From positions 1,222,212 to 1,286,211 of the forward strand of contig CP091731.1 of assembly GCA_022009935.1 (NCBI GenBank): a stretch of 64,000 bases of DNA. Direction: 5' to 3'. Made by a program: the position numbers and the translations under genes. The notes below the pieces were generated by a model. The model was not told the DNA's origin. It did no database searches and saw nothing but the letters and a program-made list of their open reading frames with translations. This DNA comes from Candidatus Melainabacteria bacterium (lineage in GTDB: Bacteria > Cyanobacteriota > Vampirovibrionia > Gastranaerophilales > Gastranaerophilaceae). This document shows, one piece after another, positions 62,372 to 64,000 of the stretch (position 1 is its first letter; the number at the start of each line of letters is the position of its first letter).

Positions 62372-62623
62372 TTATCCTATCATACCGCAAAGTTTCATAG
62401 CAATAAATAAGCCATAAATAGCACAAGCTTCAGATAAAGCAGCACCAAGAAGGAAGAACCCCACAGCCTTACCGGCTATTTCAGGTTGACGAGCTATTGC
62501 TTCAAGCAGACCCTTTGTTGCCACACCAATACCAACACCTGCACCTATTGCACCAAAACCGATTGCAATACCTGCACCTAAGTTGCTTAATCCCTGTACT
62601 TCGTTTAACATTTCTGTTACCAT
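62372..62623 (-). CDS. atpE: ATP synthase F0 c subunit
   Basis: Intact 83 aa. GAGIAIGFGAIGAGVGIGVATKGLLEAIARQPEIAGK...LSEACAIYGLFIA. AAGGAG SD. Confidence 0.95.
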   Translation of the reverse strand: MVTEMLNEVQGLSNLGAGIAIGFGAIGAGVGIGVATKGLLEAIARQPEIAGKAVGFFLLGAALSEACAIYGLFIAMKLCGMIG

Positions 62624-62633
62624 ATTTTTCTCC

Positions 62634-64000
62634 TTTTTTATATAACGGGCTATCGCCCTACATCCTTCTTATTCTACCACCAACGTGGAATGACTTTTGT
62701 TTAATTTTTGCATTGAAGTCCAATTATTTCATTTTCCTTCAAATACTTTGTTTTAGGTTTTATATAACGGGCTATCGCCCTACATCCTTCTTATTCTACC
62801 ACCAACGTGGAATGACTTTTGTTTTGATTTTGCATTGAAGTCCAATTATTTCATTTTCCTTCAAATACTTTGTTTTAGGTTTTATATAACGGGCTATCGC
62901 CCTACATCCTTCTTATTCTACCACCAACGTGGAATGACTTTTGTTTTGATTTTGCATTGAAGTCCAATTGGTACTTCCTAATATCGTTTATCATAATAAA
63001 CTTAAATTTGTGCAACCCATACGCAGTCGTGAACAATTATCACTTAACGAAACATCGTCAAAGCCAAGTTTGTTTGAACATTGGGCTTTGCCCAATGTGA
63101 GTTACGCAGGCTCGAGTTGAGTTTAGTGAAAATGTGAACGACAAGTCGGGGACTGAGTTTTTGTGCAACTTTGCCACCAAAAGTTGCCCCGTCCGGAGGA
63201 CATTATATTTAATTTAGTTTTATTAACCTTTAATTTTTTATTTTCCATTTTTTCCTTTTTTATATAACGGGCTATCGCCCTACATCCTTCTTATTCTACC
63301 ACCAACGTGGAATGACTTTTGTTTAATTTTTGCATTGAAGTTCAATTATTTCATTTTCCTTCAAATACTTTGTTTTGGGTTTTTATATAACGGGCTATCG
63401 CCCTACATCCCTTCTTATTCTACCACCAATGTGGAATGACTTTTGTTTAATTTTTGCATTGAAGTTCAATTATTTCATTTTCCTTCAAATACTTTGTTTT
63501 GGGTTTTATATAACGGGCTATCGCCCTACATCCTTCTTATTCTACCACCAACGTGGAATGACTTTTGTTTTGATTTTGCATTGAAGTCCAATTGGTACTT
63601 CCTAATATCGTTTATCATAATAAACTTAAATTTGTGCAACCCATACGCAGTCGTGAACAATTATCACTTAACGAAACATCGTCAAAGCCAAGTTTGTTTG
63701 AACATTGGGCTTTGCCCAATGTGAGTTACGCAGGCTCGAGTTGAGTTTAGTGAAAATGTGAACGACAAGTCGGGTGCCGGTTTTGTGCAACTTTTGCCAC
63801 CAAAGTTGCCCCGTCCGGAGGACATTATATTTAATTTAGTTTTATTAACCTTTAATTTTTTATTTTCCATTTTTTCCTTTTTTATATAACGGGCTATCGC
63901 CCTACATCCTTCTTATTCTACCACCAATGTGGAATGACTTTTGTTTAATTTTTGCATTGAAGTTCAATTATTTCATTTTCCTTCAAATACTTTGTTTTAG
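62634..64000. repeat. higher-order tandem repeat upstream of atpE: 622-bp blocks of three family-A units plus a 289-nt X segment; continues past the window end
   Basis: TATATAAC starts at 62639, 62761 and 62883, then 63261, 63384 and 63507, then 63883. X segments at 62970-63260 and 63595-63882. Block period is exactly 622 nt. Confidence 0.9.

Noticed and set aside
62690-62735. A 14-codon mini-ORF (MQKLNKSHSTLVVE*) on the minus strand of family-A units
   Set aside because: The ATG and the stop are lost in the family-A copies at 26041-26125 and 27097-27371, while the nucleotide core is conserved. There is no properly spaced ribosome site.
19812-64000. The tandem arrays (19812-20395, 26515-26812, 60110-60780, 62634-64000) as CRISPR arrays
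   Set aside because: Whole units of 91-123 nt are repeated nearly identically. There are no unique spacers between short repeats, no cas genes in the window, and the unit lengths are wrong for CRISPR.
1-64000. An alternative genetic code (TGA or TAG reassignment) as the cause of the fragmented genes
   Set aside because: At the gene breaks I checked, the fragments sit in different frames rather than being separated by in-frame stops. TGA, TAA and TAG all terminate well-supported intact genes. The only in-frame case noticed is TAA 3127-3129.

Overview
AT-rich (about one-third GC by eye) bacterial chromosome segment with no rRNA and no CRISPR array.

(1) Positions 1-19.7 kb are the replication/recombination half of a prophage-like integrative element. 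It carries an XRE/cro-type switch, a J-domain protein, an ArdC-like protein, a C5 methyltransferase, a PrimPol-VirE primase/helicase, an SNF2 helicase, a DUF2800 nuclease, a DUF2815 protein, a family A DNA polymerase, a 7-residue-repeat protein and a RuvC-like resolvase. It ends with a large serine recombinase whose ORF runs into tRNA-Ala(UGC). No virion genes lie in the window.

(2) The remaining 44 kb is housekeeping chromosome:
- pnp, ispG and an MscS-family channel
- a 1008-aa coiled-coil protein
- prfA and dnaN, with ten TTTTCTACA boxes upstream of dnaN (oriC candidate)
- tRNA-Lys, then tmRNA followed by a dinD islet
- minCDE
- a DHH phosphoesterase, a YihY-family protein, a heptose adenylyltransferase and rsfS
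- an AI-2E transporter, a radical SAM protein, hydG and tspO
- two tRNA-Ser and a sulfatase/methyltransferase pair
- an ATP synthase block atpE, b-prime, b, delta, alpha, gamma with no beta gene after gamma

The b/b-prime gene order, the origin upstream of dnaN and hydG together suggest a non-photosynthetic cyanobacterial relative (Melainabacteria-like). This is inference only.

Two things dominate the window.

(a) Most long genes, including essential ones, are broken by single-base frame changes. Where I could reconstruct them, they sit in short homopolymers. I read these as assembly indels and merged the fragments into single gene calls.

(b) About 5 kb of intergenic DNA is unusual modular repeat material.
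- Three tandem-array families share a TTTTATATAAC box and a GAAGTCCAA core. Two of them demonstrably re-copy gene 3' ends or intercistronic junctions.
- One array splits atpH from atpA. Another is a 622-bp higher-order repeat upstream of atpE.
- GC-rich mosaic hairpin modules recur in three loci and show compensatory changes.

These repeats are the best candidates for something undescribed. Their function cannot be settled from the sequence alone.
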